A DNA stretch of 64,000 bases from an uncultured bacterium. Its GTDB lineage: Bacteria; Fidelibacterota; Marinisomatia; Marinisomatales; UBA1611. The notes under the pieces were generated by a model. That model worked only from the letters and a program-made list of their open reading frames with translations, did not search any database and was not told where the DNA came from. Shown here one piece after another: positions 49,840 through 61,000 of the stretch; within the stretch, counting starts at the first letter, position 1; the number at the start of each line of letters is the position of its first letter. The stretch lies in assembly GCA_943788175.1 (NCBI GenBank), contig CALSPG010000005.1:192001-256000 (forward strand). The letters are read 5' to 3'. A program made the translations under genes and the position numbers.

Positions 49840-51435
49840 ATGAACACAATTTCATTAGTTACATTTTTTGTAGCAACAATATCCGTAGCAATTTTTACTT
49901 ATTATATAGTTTCAAAAATGAAAAAATCAGATAACGAAACTGAAGAATATTTTACAGGTGGAAGAGCTTTGGGATGGCCCGTAGTTGCTGGTTCATTATT
50001 GTTAACAAACCTTTCTACAGAACAATTAGTGGGCTTAAATGGTGATGTTTTTGGAGATAAGGCGCTTGTTGGGATTGCATGGGAGGCCTTGGCTGCTTTT
50101 GCAATGATTGCTACGGCACTATTATTTTTGCCTACTTATTTAGCGAGTGGGTTTACAACTACACCAGCTTTTTTAGAAAAACGGTTTGATAAAATGACTA
50201 GAAGTATGGTCTCAGGGTTATTTTTATTTGGTTATATAACAGTTTTATTGCCTGTGGTTCTTTATACTGGCTCACTAGCATTAATAACAATGTTTGATTT
50301 AGCGCTTCCTATTTGGGTTGTTGCTGTAGCAATAGGTCTTTTGGGCAGCTCATATGCAATTTTTGGAGGACTTAAATCTGTGGCGGTTAGTGATACTTTA
50401 AATGGGATAGGATTATTGATAGGAGGCCTAATGATTCCAGTGCTAGCATTAATAGCATTGGGAAATGGTTCTTTTTTTGAAGGAATATCTATTCTTGGTA
50501 CTGAGAAACCAGAGTATTTAAAGGTATTAACCCAGCAAAACTTGGATGGAAAACAAGTCTCGGTTCCTTGGCCAACTCTTTTAACGGGTATGATGTTCAT
50601 ACAAATATTTTATTGGTCAACTAATCAGGTAATCGTGCAAAGAGCAATGGCGGCAAAAAGTCTAGCGGAAGGCCAAAAAGGTGTTCTTTTTGCCTCCGCA
50701 ATGAAATTAGTAGGGCCGCTTATGCTATGTCTACCAGGGATAATTGCTTTGCATATGCCTGATTTATTAATTGAAAAGCAAGATCAAGTGTATGGCGCAG
50801 TAGTAAGGCATGTTCTGCCAGATTGGTCATTAGGTCTTTTTGCTGCAGTACTGATGGGCTCTATTTTAAGTTCTTTCAATAGCGCTCTGAATAGTGCTTC
50901 GACATTGTTTTCTTTACAGTTTTATAAAGGGTATATCAATAAAAAAGCAAAGGGCTTTGAGATTGTTTCTGTAGGAAAAAAGTTTGGGATAGCTCTTGCA
51001 TTAATATCAATGTTAATTGCGCCCCTACTTTCGCAATTGGATTCTGTTTTTCAATACCTTCAAAAAGTAAATGGTATTTACAGCGTTCCAATTATTGCTA
51101 TCTTTTTATTAGGTATACTAACAAAACATATCCCTGCGATTGGTGCAAAGTTTGGTATGCTTGTTGGGTTTGTTTCATATGCTTATTTTGTATTTTTTCC
51201 TGTAGAGGGCTTACATTGGCTCCATATGTACTTTATCAGTTTTACATGGTCGGTTATGGTGATGTTACTTATTGGTTATTTAAGACCTAAAACACAAAAA
51301 GAAATTGAAAAAAGTGATGAGCGTGATCCTGCACCGGTGGATATGACACCTTGGCCAAGAGCAAAAGAGGCTTCTGTTGGAATATTATCAACTACTGTAA
51401 TTATTTACTTACTGCTGTCCTTAGCATCTGCTTAA
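49840..51435 (+). CDS. Sodium:solute symporter (SSS family, YidK-like sugar transporter)
   Basis: YFTGGR, SLLLTNLSTEQLVGLNG, GGLKSVAVSD, YWSTNQVIVQR. Confidence 0.88.
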   Translation: MNTISLVTFFVATISVAIFTYYIVSKMKKSDNETEEYFTGGRALGWPVVAGSLLLTNLSTEQLVGLNGDVFGDKALVGIAWEALAAFAMIATALLFLPTYLASGFTTTPAFLEKRFDKMTRSMVSGLFLFGYITVLLPVVLYTGSLALITMFDLALPIWVVAVAIGLLGSSYAIFGGLKSVAVSDTLNGIGLLIGGLMIPVLALIALGNGSFFEGISILGTEKPEYLKVLTQQNLDGKQVSVPWPTLLTGMMFIQIFYWSTNQVIVQRAMAAKSLAEGQKGVLFASAMKLVGPLMLCLPGIIALHMPDLLIEKQDQVYGAVVRHVLPDWSLGLFAAVLMGSILSSFNSALNSASTLFSLQFYKGYINKKAKGFEIVSVGKKFGIALALISMLIAPLLSQLDSVFQYLQKVNGIYSVPIIAIFLLGILTKHIPAIGAKFGMLVGFVSYAYFVFFPVEGLHWLHMYFISFTWSVMVMLLIGYLRPKTQKEIEKSDERDPAPVDMTPWPRAKEASVGILSTTVIIYLLLSLASA

Positions 51436-51442
51436 TTATATA

Positions 51443-52486
51443 ATGATTAATTTCTCAAAAATATCAAGTTGGGAACCATCAAAAGATGTTCTAGAAATCA
51501 AGACAATTGATGCGCATACCGAAGGGGAACCACTTAGAGTCGTAATTAAGGGTTTTCCAAGTTTAAAAGGGAATACAATTTTAGAAAAACGTAATCATAT
51601 CATAAAAAATTATGATCATATTAGAAAAGCAATAATGTTAGAACCTCGTGGTCATGCTGATATGTATGGCGCTGTAATAACAGAACCCGAAAAAAAGAGT
51701 TCTGACTTTGGGGTTATTTTTATGCATAATGATGGCTATTCTACAGGTTGTGGGCACGCAGTTATAGCTATTTCAAAAATTCTTGCAGAAACTGGCGCTA
51801 TTAAAATAACTGAGCCTGAGACTGAAATAAATATGGATGTTCCTTCTGGGACAATTAAGTCTTTTGTAGAAATAAGAAACAAAGTTGCTCATTCGATTAG
51901 GTTTATCAATGTTCCTTCATTCGTTGAAAAAATGAATGCAAAAATTTTAATCCCTAATTTAGGTGATATTAATTATGATTTGGCATTCGGGGGTGCATAT
52001 TACGCTATTGTTAACGCTGATGAAGTTGGCTTAGATAGCCAAGATTTAAAAACTAGCAGTGTTATCGATTTAGGAATGAAAATTAAAAATGCAATAGCTA
52101 AAGAAGTAAAAATTAAACATCCAAACATAGTCGAAATGAATTTTTTATATGGAACCATATTTACGTTTCCTCCAATCAATAAAAAAAATCATAGCAAAAA
52201 TATTTGTGTGTTTGCTAACGGCGAAGTTGATAGAAGTCCAACTGGAACTGGAGTAAGCGCTAGGGCCGCTGTACATTTTGCGAAAAATGAAATAAAGCTT
52301 AATGAGACAATTAAAATTGAGAGTATTATTGGTTCTACTTTTGAGGTTAAGGTAATTGAAAAAATAAAAATTGGTCCATTGAATGGAGTCATACCAGAAG
52401 TAAAAGGGACCGCGAATATCACGGGTAAAAATACTTTTTGGATTGATTCATCAGATACTATAGGAGAAGGGTTCATGTTAAGGTAA
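51443..52486 (+). CDS. Proline racemase family protein, probable trans-3-hydroxy-L-proline dehydratase
   Basis: DAHTEGEP, EPRGHADMYG, STGCGH (Cys), and DRSPTGTG with Thr in place of the second Cys. Confidence 0.8.
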   Translation: MINFSKISSWEPSKDVLEIKTIDAHTEGEPLRVVIKGFPSLKGNTILEKRNHIIKNYDHIRKAIMLEPRGHADMYGAVITEPEKKSSDFGVIFMHNDGYSTGCGHAVIAISKILAETGAIKITEPETEINMDVPSGTIKSFVEIRNKVAHSIRFINVPSFVEKMNAKILIPNLGDINYDLAFGGAYYAIVNADEVGLDSQDLKTSSVIDLGMKIKNAIAKEVKIKHPNIVEMNFLYGTIFTFPPINKKNHSKNICVFANGEVDRSPTGTGVSARAAVHFAKNEIKLNETIKIESIIGSTFEVKVIEKIKIGPLNGVIPEVKGTANITGKNTFWIDSSDTIGEGFMLR

Positions 52487-52491
52487 TTATT

Positions 52492-53859
52492 TTGTCTGCA
52501 AAAAAAATAAATCGTAGAAATTTTATTAAAAAATCTGCTTTGGTAGGAGCATCGACTGCTTTTCTTTCGTCTCGAAAACTTGGTGCTAGCCAAAAGACTT
52601 CAAACTTAAGCTTGGGCATTATTGGAACAGGCTTAAGAGGGCAGTGGATTTCAAATTTATGCTTAAAGAGAAGAGATGTTGATATAAAAGCTATTTGTGA
52701 TATTGATTCTGGAATGATTAATAACACGCTAAACATAATTAAAAAAGCAGGTGGTAAGCCTCCAGACGTTTATAAAAATGGGCAGCATGATTTCTTAAAC
52801 TTGCTTCAAAGAGATGATTTAGATGCTGTTTATATTGCTACTCCTTGGGAATGGCATCACCCAATGGCAGTCGAGGCGATGAAGCAAGGCATGCATGTAG
52901 GTGTTGAATGTCCTGCTGCTCTAAAAGTCTCTGAACTCTGGGATTTAGTAAAGACCAGTGAAAAAACAAATAAGCACTGCATGCTTATGGAAAATGTTTG
53001 CTATCGACGAGATATGATGGCTGTTTTAAATATGGTTCGGAAAGGTTTATTCGGAGAACTTTTGCACTGCCAAGGTGGTTATCAACATGACCTGCGAGAT
53101 GTAAAGTTTAATAATGGACGGCAACCATATGGGGGGGGAGTTGAATTTAATAATAAGGGCTTCAGTGAAGCTAAATGGAGAACGCAACATTCTGTTGACA
53201 GAAATGGAGATTTATATCCAACGCATGGAGTAGGCCCAATAAGTGCAATGTTAAATATAAATAGAGGGAATAGATTCCTTCATATGACTTCTACGTCTTC
53301 TCAATCAAGGGGCTTGCATAAGCATATTGTTGATCAAGGAGGCATACATCACCAAAATGCTGACATAAACTTTAACCTTGGTGACATTGTAACATCTGTT
53401 ATTAAATGTTCCAACGGTGAGACCATAGTATTGAACCACGATACGAGCTCGCCTCGCCCTTACAGTTTGAATTTTCGAGTCCAGGGTACAGAGGGTTTAT
53501 GGATGGTTGATAATAATTCTATATATATACAAGGTTTAAGTAAGGAAGAACATCAATGGGAGTCCGATGCAGAATACTTAAAAAAATATGATCATCCAAT
53601 ATGGAAAAAGTATGAAAATCAAGCAGCTGGCTCTGGGCATGGAGGTATGGATTTTTTCATTTTAAATGCTTTTATTGAACCTTTAAAAAAGGGCCTTGCT
53701 CCTCCAATAGATGTTTACGATGCGGCTAGCATGAGTGTTATTAGTCCCCTTTCTGAAAAATCAATTAAACTTGGAAGTGCTCCCGTTAAATTTCCTGACT
53801 TTACGAGGGGAAGATGGGAAAAGAACCAACCGATTTTTGGTGTAAATGAAAACTATTAA
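52492..53859 (+). CDS. Tat-exported GH109 (Gfo/Idh/MocA) glycoside hydrolase, alpha-N-acetylgalactosaminidase-like
   Basis: RRNFIK twin-arginine signal, ATPWEWH, MLMENVCY, YPTHG, GHGGMD. TTG start. Confidence 0.85.
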   Translation: MSAKKINRRNFIKKSALVGASTAFLSSRKLGASQKTSNLSLGIIGTGLRGQWISNLCLKRRDVDIKAICDIDSGMINNTLNIIKKAGGKPPDVYKNGQHDFLNLLQRDDLDAVYIATPWEWHHPMAVEAMKQGMHVGVECPAALKVSELWDLVKTSEKTNKHCMLMENVCYRRDMMAVLNMVRKGLFGELLHCQGGYQHDLRDVKFNNGRQPYGGGVEFNNKGFSEAKWRTQHSVDRNGDLYPTHGVGPISAMLNINRGNRFLHMTSTSSQSRGLHKHIVDQGGIHHQNADINFNLGDIVTSVIKCSNGETIVLNHDTSSPRPYSLNFRVQGTEGLWMVDNNSIYIQGLSKEEHQWESDAEYLKKYDHPIWKKYENQAAGSGHGGMDFFILNAFIEPLKKGLAPPIDVYDAASMSVISPLSEKSIKLGSAPVKFPDFTRGRWEKNQPIFGVNENY

Positions 53860-53941
53860 AAAATGATTAATCGTGATTTCGTTTTACCTCTTTTAGGTCT
53901 TTTTATTAAAAATTTATAAGATAAATAATTATAAAAAATAA

Positions 53942-55012
53942 ATGGAAATAAAAACGCCAGGAAGAATCTGTCTTTTTGGTGAGCATCAAGATTACCTTGG
54001 GCTTCCAGTAATCGCTCTTGCGATTTCTAGGCATTCAAAAATAGTTGGATTTGCAAGGTCAGATGCTATGGTTGTTATTAACAAACCGGACTTAAATGAA
54101 GTTGAAAAATTTCACATAAATGATAATCAATACACCTCAAATTTTGATTTATTTAAAAGCGGGTTAAATGTTTGCAAACATTATGGCTTTAAATTTTCTA
54201 AGGGTTTTGATGTTGTTTTATCTAGCAATATTCCAATAAAAGCTGGTGCAAGTAGTTCATCTTCAATTTTAGTAGGATGGATTAACTTTTTAAGTAATAA
54301 TGCTGAAAATCCAAGACAGTTGTCGAATCAAAAATTAGCTAGATTAGCTTTTGAGGCAGAAGTTTTAGAATTTAATTCGCCTGGAGGAATGATGGATCAA
54401 TACTCTACTGCAATAGGTGGGCTAATTTATTTAGAAACATCACCAGAATTATCAATGACTAAAATAAATCATGATTTAGGTACGTTTGTTATTGGTGATT
54501 CAATGAATCAAAAAGATACAGTCGGCATTTTATCAAGATGTAAAAATCAGCGTATCGCTATTTTAAATAAAATTAAAAATTATGAATCAGATATTAACTT
54601 TAGTTCAATTTCAAAAGACCAAGTGAAAAAGTTTAAGATTACTGATCATGAAAGAGCTCTATTACTTGGCACTATTAAAAATCGAGATATTTTAATTAAA
54701 GGTAAAAATGAACTAGTTAAAAAACATATTGATAAGCATTACCTAGGTCAATTGATGATTGAGCATCATAAAATTTTAAGTAAAGTTTTAAAAGTAAGTA
54801 CATCTAAGATTGATTTAATGTTAAAATCTGCACTTGACGCAGGCGCATATGGCGGTAAAATAAATGGATCTGGCGGCGGCGGGTGTATGTTCGCCTACTG
54901 CCCTGAAAATCCATTCAAAATTAAACGTGCTATCGAGGATGTGGGGGGGCAAGCTTATGTCGTTCAATCCTCTTTGGGAACAATGATAAATAGTAAGGAA
55001 AAACATTTATGA
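53942..55012 (+). CDS. GHMP kinase, galactokinase-like
   Basis: PGRICLFGEHQDY, IPIKAGASSSS, GMMDQ, GGKINGSGGGG. Confidence 0.82.
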   Translation: MEIKTPGRICLFGEHQDYLGLPVIALAISRHSKIVGFARSDAMVVINKPDLNEVEKFHINDNQYTSNFDLFKSGLNVCKHYGFKFSKGFDVVLSSNIPIKAGASSSSSILVGWINFLSNNAENPRQLSNQKLARLAFEAEVLEFNSPGGMMDQYSTAIGGLIYLETSPELSMTKINHDLGTFVIGDSMNQKDTVGILSRCKNQRIAILNKIKNYESDINFSSISKDQVKKFKITDHERALLLGTIKNRDILIKGKNELVKKHIDKHYLGQLMIEHHKILSKVLKVSTSKIDLMLKSALDAGAYGGKINGSGGGGCMFAYCPENPFKIKRAIEDVGGQAYVVQSSLGTMINSKEKHL

Positions 55013-55890
55013 AAAATATTACACTTCTTGTTATGGCTGCTGGTATGGGCTCAAGATATGGAGGGCTTAAACAACTTGATGAGGTTGGGCCTAACGGAGA
55101 GACAATTATTGATTTCTCCGTTTTTGATGCAATACACGCTGGGTTTAGTAAAGTCGTTTTTATTATCAGAGAAGATTTTAAGGATCAATTTAAAGAAAAA
55201 GTCTCAAATAAATATGCCAATATGATTGAAGTCGAAATTGTATATCAAGACCTGAAAGATTTACCTTCTGGATATAGTAGCCCTGAAAAAAGATCAAAAC
55301 CTTGGGGTACGGGACATGCTATCTTATCTGCTAGGAATGCTATAACTGGCCCTTTTGCTGCAATTAACGGAGATGATTTTTATGGCAAGGATTCCTTTAA
55401 AATTATTGCAGATTATTATTCTAGCGAAGGGAATCAATTTACAATGGCAGCCTTTCAGCTGGATAAAACTTTATCAGACCATGGGTCAGTATCGCGTGGA
55501 ATTTGTGAACAGAAGCTAGATGAATTAATTACAGTAATTGAAACCCATGATATAAAGAGAGCTCGAGATAAAATAACGTGTGACCGTGATATTAATCTGT
55601 CCGGGAAGGAATTGGTTAGTATGAATATGTGGGGATTTACACCATTAATATTTAGTCATTTAGAAAGTATGTTCAGCAAATTCTTAAATGACAATATCCA
55701 TGATTTAAAGAGTGAGTTTTTGATTCCTTCCGTTGTCAATGCTTTGATAAAAAAGAAAATTGAAGTTGTTAATGTTTTGAAAACTAATTCTAAGTGGTTT
55801 GGTGTTACGTATATTGAGGACAAACCTTTTGTGAAAACTCAAATCAAAAATTTGGTAGAAAAAGATGAATATCCAAAAAAATTATTTTAA
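55009..55890 (+). CDS. Sugar-phosphate nucleotidyltransferase
   Basis: MAAGMGSRYGGLKQ, KPWGTGHA, INGDDFY, SMNMWGF. Confidence 0.85.
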   Translation: MKNITLLVMAAGMGSRYGGLKQLDEVGPNGETIIDFSVFDAIHAGFSKVVFIIREDFKDQFKEKVSNKYANMIEVEIVYQDLKDLPSGYSSPEKRSKPWGTGHAILSARNAITGPFAAINGDDFYGKDSFKIIADYYSSEGNQFTMAAFQLDKTLSDHGSVSRGICEQKLDELITVIETHDIKRARDKITCDRDINLSGKELVSMNMWGFTPLIFSHLESMFSKFLNDNIHDLKSEFLIPSVVNALIKKKIEVVNVLKTNSKWFGVTYIEDKPFVKTQIKNLVEKDEYPKKLF

Positions 55891-55908
55891 AATAGTAAGA
55901 TAAGTAAT

Positions 55909-56226
55909 ATGGCTGAAAATAATAGTTTTAAAAAAATTGCATTAAAAGAAGCAAAAAGTCTAATTAAAGATGAAGATCTTTTATTATTTGATATCAGAGA
56001 TAAAAACTCTTTTGATCAATCCCACATTAAAAATGCTATAAATTTGAACAATCATAATATCGACGATATAGTTAAAAAAACTGAGCATAAAAAAAGCATC
56101 CTTATTTACTGCTATAAAGGAATAAGTAGTCAAAATGTAGCTCAACATTTTTGTAATCTTGGGTTTGAGAATGTTTATAGTCTTGATGGTGGTTATGAGA
56201 GTTTTTTTGAAGACGAGAAGCGATAA
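55909..56226 (+). CDS. glpE: Single-domain rhodanese (GlpE-like sulfurtransferase)
   Basis: DIRD...HIKNA, YCYKGISS, VYSLDGGY. Confidence 0.8.
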   Translation: MAENNSFKKIALKEAKSLIKDEDLLLFDIRDKNSFDQSHIKNAINLNNHNIDDIVKKTEHKKSILIYCYKGISSQNVAQHFCNLGFENVYSLDGGYESFFEDEKR

Positions 56227-56237
56227 CTTTATTTTTA

Positions 56238-57176
56238 ATGTTATCGGTTAAGGATCATGAAATAAGGTCACTCGTTTCGATGAGCGATGTTATTAATTGT
56301 ATGGAGCAGAGTTTTTCAGATTTCTATGATGGCCTTTTTACAATGCCTCAACGTTCTACAATGGAAGTTGAGGGGGGTACAGTTTTATCCATGCCTTGTT
56401 ACAGAAAAAAGGGCAAGTACTTTACAATAAAAGTTGTTTCTGTTTTTCAATCGTTAACAAAAATCCAATCTAAAATGATTCAATCATCAATATTTATCTT
56501 TAATTCACAGGATGGTAGCTTAAAAGCATGCTTCGATGGTGATGAAATTACAGCAATGAGAACTGGCGCAGCCTCTGGAGTAGCTACGAAGTTTTTTGCT
56601 GCTCCAAAAAGTAAGTCTCTTGCAATTTTTGGAACAGGGGCTCAAGCTTTTACTCAAGTTGAAGCAATGATGTGTGTAAGACCAATCGGAAAAATCTTTG
56701 TTTTTAGTAAAAACTTAAAGTCATCAAAAACTTTTTCAAATTCTGTATCAGAAATTTTAACAGTTAATGCAACTCCGGGGATACTTAAAAACCTGAAAGA
56801 AGTAGATATTATTTGCACTGCAACACCTTCAAAAAAAGAATTATTCAATCTAAGTAACTTAAGAGAAGGCGTTCATATCAATGCAATCGGCTCATTCAAG
56901 TCAGATATGATAGAAATTTCAAGTGATATTATCAAAAATTCAAAAATAATTGTTGATTCAGTAATATCTTCTAAAAAAGAGGCAGGAGATTTAATTCAAG
57001 CTGAGAAAAATTCTAGCTGGGAGTATGAAAATATTTTTGCGGAGCTTGGCAGCATTACTAAAAACAAAAAATACCATAAAGAGTACATTGAACAAAACTC
57101 GCTTTTTAAATCTGTAGGTTTAGGTTTTCAAGATTTGGCGTTAACTGAACTACTTTTAAAAAGAATAGATAAATGA
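56238..57176 (+). CDS. Ornithine cyclodeaminase/mu-crystallin family protein (possible Delta1-pyrroline-2-carboxylate reductase)
   Basis: ITAMRTGAASG, GTGAQA, HINAIGS, EAGDL, FKSVGLGFQD. Confidence 0.82.
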   Translation: MLSVKDHEIRSLVSMSDVINCMEQSFSDFYDGLFTMPQRSTMEVEGGTVLSMPCYRKKGKYFTIKVVSVFQSLTKIQSKMIQSSIFIFNSQDGSLKACFDGDEITAMRTGAASGVATKFFAAPKSKSLAIFGTGAQAFTQVEAMMCVRPIGKIFVFSKNLKSSKTFSNSVSEILTVNATPGILKNLKEVDIICTATPSKKELFNLSNLREGVHINAIGSFKSDMIEISSDIIKNSKIIVDSVISSKKEAGDLIQAEKNSSWEYENIFAELGSITKNKKYHKEYIEQNSLFKSVGLGFQDLALTELLLKRIDK

Positions 57177-57195
57177 TTATTGCTCGCTCTTAATT

Positions 57196-58026
57196 ATGAA
57201 CATATCTGTAATAATTCCGACCCATAATAGAATTCTTTTTTTAAAGAGATCTATTGATTCTGTTTTAGCTCAAATTCTGCAACCTTACGAAATTATTATT
57301 GTCGATGATGGGTCTTCTGACGGGACATCGGCAATGATAAAAAAAAACTATCCAAATCTCAAATTAATTTATCAAGAAAACAAAGGCGTCAGTGCAGCTA
57401 GAAACATCGGGGTTAAAGCTTCTTCTGGTGATTGGGTTTGTTTTTTAGACTCTGATGACGAATGGAAAAAAAATAAATTAAGTGAGCAGCATATGGCACT
57501 TGAAAAAAATGCTACTTACTCATTTTGCCATTCAAATGAAGAATGGATAAAAAATGGCAAAAAAATTAATCAAAAGAAAAAACATAAAAAGTACGGTGGA
57601 AATATTTTTAAACAGTGTCTTGATATGTGTAGGATTTCTCCTTCTTCTGTTATGATAAATAAAAACGTATTTAAGGATATTGGTCTATTCAATGAAAATC
57701 TTATTATTTGTGAGGATTATGAATTATGGCTAAGAATTTGCTCTCATTATAAAGTCTTATTTATTGACGAACCTCTGATTATAAAGTATGGCGGGCATGA
57801 AGACCAGCTTTCTAGTTCATATGAACCTATTGAGTATTATAGAATTAAGGCTTTAGAATATTTATTATTGACAAAAATGACAGATAATAATAAAAAGGAA
57901 GCGGTAAAAATGTTGCTTTTTAAACTCAATATTTATTTAAATGGTCTTAAAAAAAGGGATAAAAAATCGGATATTATTAAATATGATAAAAAAATAAAGC
58001 TTTGGAATAAGGTTATGTTTGAGTAG
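57196..58026 (+). CDS. GT2 (GT-A fold) glycosyltransferase
   Basis: SVIIPTHNR, IVDDGS, FLDSDD, CEDYELWLR. Confidence 0.88.
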   Translation: MNISVIIPTHNRILFLKRSIDSVLAQILQPYEIIIVDDGSSDGTSAMIKKNYPNLKLIYQENKGVSAARNIGVKASSGDWVCFLDSDDEWKKNKLSEQHMALEKNATYSFCHSNEEWIKNGKKINQKKKHKKYGGNIFKQCLDMCRISPSSVMINKNVFKDIGLFNENLIICEDYELWLRICSHYKVLFIDEPLIIKYGGHEDQLSSSYEPIEYYRIKALEYLLLTKMTDNNKKEAVKMLLFKLNIYLNGLKKRDKKSDIIKYDKKIKLWNKVMFE

Positions 58027-58054
58027 TAAGTTGAGAGTTAACGTATATATTAAT

Positions 58055-61000
58055 ATGATAAAAAATTTCTTAATAATAGTCGTTCTATTTGCATCAAGCA
58101 TACTTTCTGCAAAACAATGGGTTGAAGTCTACTCTGATAGTCCAGTAGAATCATCTTTTTCCTACGAATCAGATGGTTTAGCCTCAACTAGAATTACGTT
58201 TAAACTTTCTGGTTACTTTAAAGATAATTCGAAAAATGGTTTGAAGATTACTTCGCCTGGGTCAGTTTCTCTTCTTGAAAAAGGCGCACCAGATCTTCCA
58301 ATATTTTCCACATCAATTCAGGTGCCAGATTTAGCTGAGATGGAACTTGAAATCATTGAAAGTGATTTTGTTGAAATCAATATAAATGATATTATTCCAT
58401 CTAAAGGTAACGTTACCAGAGATGTTAACATAAGTAGTCTACCTTTTGAAAAAGGATATAGATATGGACAGAATATTTTATACCCAGCAGAAATTTCTTT
58501 CTTAAGGCGTCCTCATATTATTAGGTCAGTAAGGGGGCAAGCAGTCGTTTTTCAGCCTTTTCAATATAATCCTGAGCTAGGCGTTTTACGAATTTATACA
58601 GATATTATAATAGCGATTAAGCAAAATGGTTTAAGCGCTGATAATCCTTTAACGAGGCATCCATCAAAGAAAAGAGGCGTTAAAGAAATGGAAAATATTT
58701 ACAAAAACCATTTCCCTAATTATATGCCGATTAACGATCGGTATACTCCTCTGGATGAAAATGGTTCTATGCTCATAATATGTCATGCTCCATTTATCGA
58801 AGCAATGCAGCCATTTATTGACTGGAAAGTCAAAAAAGGGATTGAAACAACTTTAGTTGATGTTAGCACTTTAGGTGGTGCTGATGACATAAAGGCATTT
58901 GTTGAAGAATATTATTATAACCATGGGATTAATTTTTTACTTCTTGTTGGAGATATAGATCAGATTCCATCACCTCGCTTTTCAGAAGGTGCTGGGTCTA
59001 ATAGTCCTTCAGACACATATTACGGCTTCATACCGACTGAAGATTATTACCCTGATGTATTTGTTGGGAGATTCTCCGCTGAAACTGAGGAGCACGTTAA
59101 CACTATGGTTAATCGAACTATCTCATATGAAAGATATCCTGATACAGAGGATGGTTCTTGGTACGTTGAAGGTGCAGGTTTTGCTTCAAACGAAGGTCCC
59201 GGAGATGATGGTGAATATGATTATGAGCATATGGATATTATCAGGCAAAAACTCCTTGATTACAATTATAATAATGTTGAACAAGTTTACGACCCAAGCG
59301 GGACAGTTGCTGAGGGTGAATTCGCTATTAATGATGGTTTATCTATAATTAATTACACTGGGCATGGCTCCAATGGTTCATGGGGTAATGGTTGCCCAAT
59401 GAACAATACAGATGTAAATAGCTTAACAAACAATGGTATGTGGCCATGGATTTGGTCCGTTGCCTGTGTGAATGGTGAGTTTCACATTGGGACCTGTTTT
59501 GCTGAGACATGGCTTAGAGCAACAGATGTTTCTGGTAATCCCACTGGAGCAATTGCTACCTTAATGTCTACTGTTAACCAAGCTTGGAATCCGCCAATGA
59601 ATGGTCAAGACGAGATGGTAGATATTTTCATTGAATCCTATGAAAATAATATTAAACGTACTTTTGGTGGTTTATCCTACAATGGTTGTATGGAGATGAA
59701 TGATAATTATGGAAGTGAAGGTGAGGCAGAAACTTTATACTGGACAACATTTGGAGATCCTTCTTTCGTTGTTAGATCGAGTTCTCCTGAAGAAATTGTT
59801 GCAACGCATAGTGGGGTAATAATTCTTGGAGGTTCTCAACTTAATGTCCAAACAAATAGTAATGGTTCAGTTGCTGCTTTGAGTAAAAATGGTGTGATAT
59901 TAAGTGTTGCAACAGCAAACGAAGATGGCCTTTGTCAATTAAACCTTGATACACCAATTGATACGCCTGGTACTATAGATTTAGTAGTTACTTCATATAA
60001 TCATGTTCCGTATGAAACTGAAATAAATATAATTGCGCCAGAAGGATCTTATATGCTGTTGAATCATTTTTCTCTCTCATCAGAAAATAGTGAAACAGTT
60101 GACTTTTCTCAGCCAGGGTTTTTATCCGTTTCCTTAGAAAATGTTGGGACTGAAAGTTCTGGCCCAGTTTATGTTTCAGTAACCCCGCAAACAAATAACG
60201 TAAATATTTTAACTGCTCCGATGTACTCTGATTCTGTTTTTGCCGGAGATTTAGTTGAAGTAGGTCCGTTTGAATTTGATGTTTTTATTAATTCACTGAA
60301 CCAAGATGAAGTATTGCTTAATTTGGTCTTAGTGGATGGTATCAACTCGTGGCAGTATCCGATATCATTAAGAGTAAACGCTCCAGCATATAATATTGTT
60401 TCTTCCGCTATTTTTGATGGTGGCAATAACGCTCTAGACCCAGGAGAAAATGTCACTATGAGAATAGTAGTTGAGAATAGTGGGAGTGCTCCGTTGAACT
60501 ATCCAACTTTTGATATTTTTGAGAATGATAATCATATTATAATTGAAGAACTTAGTGCAGACAATGCTTACTATTGGGATGTTGGTTCTTCGGTTGTCTT
60601 AAATGCTGTGGTTTCAATTTCTGAGGATGCTCCTATTGGGCACACTGCAATTGCGTGGATTGATATAGGAAGTCTAAATACTAATTATGAATCCATGATT
60701 TCAATGCCACTAAACATTGGCATGTTGATGGATAATTTTGAAACGGAAGACTTCTCAAACCATGATTGGAACTTCGATGGTCAGAGTGAATGGTTCATTC
60801 AAAGTGAACAAGTGTTTGATGGCAATTATGCTGTCAGAAGTGGTTCTATTACGAATAACCAATTCTCAGAATTATCCGTTGAGTATAATGTGTTAAATCA
60901 AGGTTATATTAAGTTTAATGCAAAAGTTTCTAGTGAGCAAGGCAGCTCTGGTACTATCTATGATTATCTGAGTTTTTATATAGATGATGAACAGTTAGTC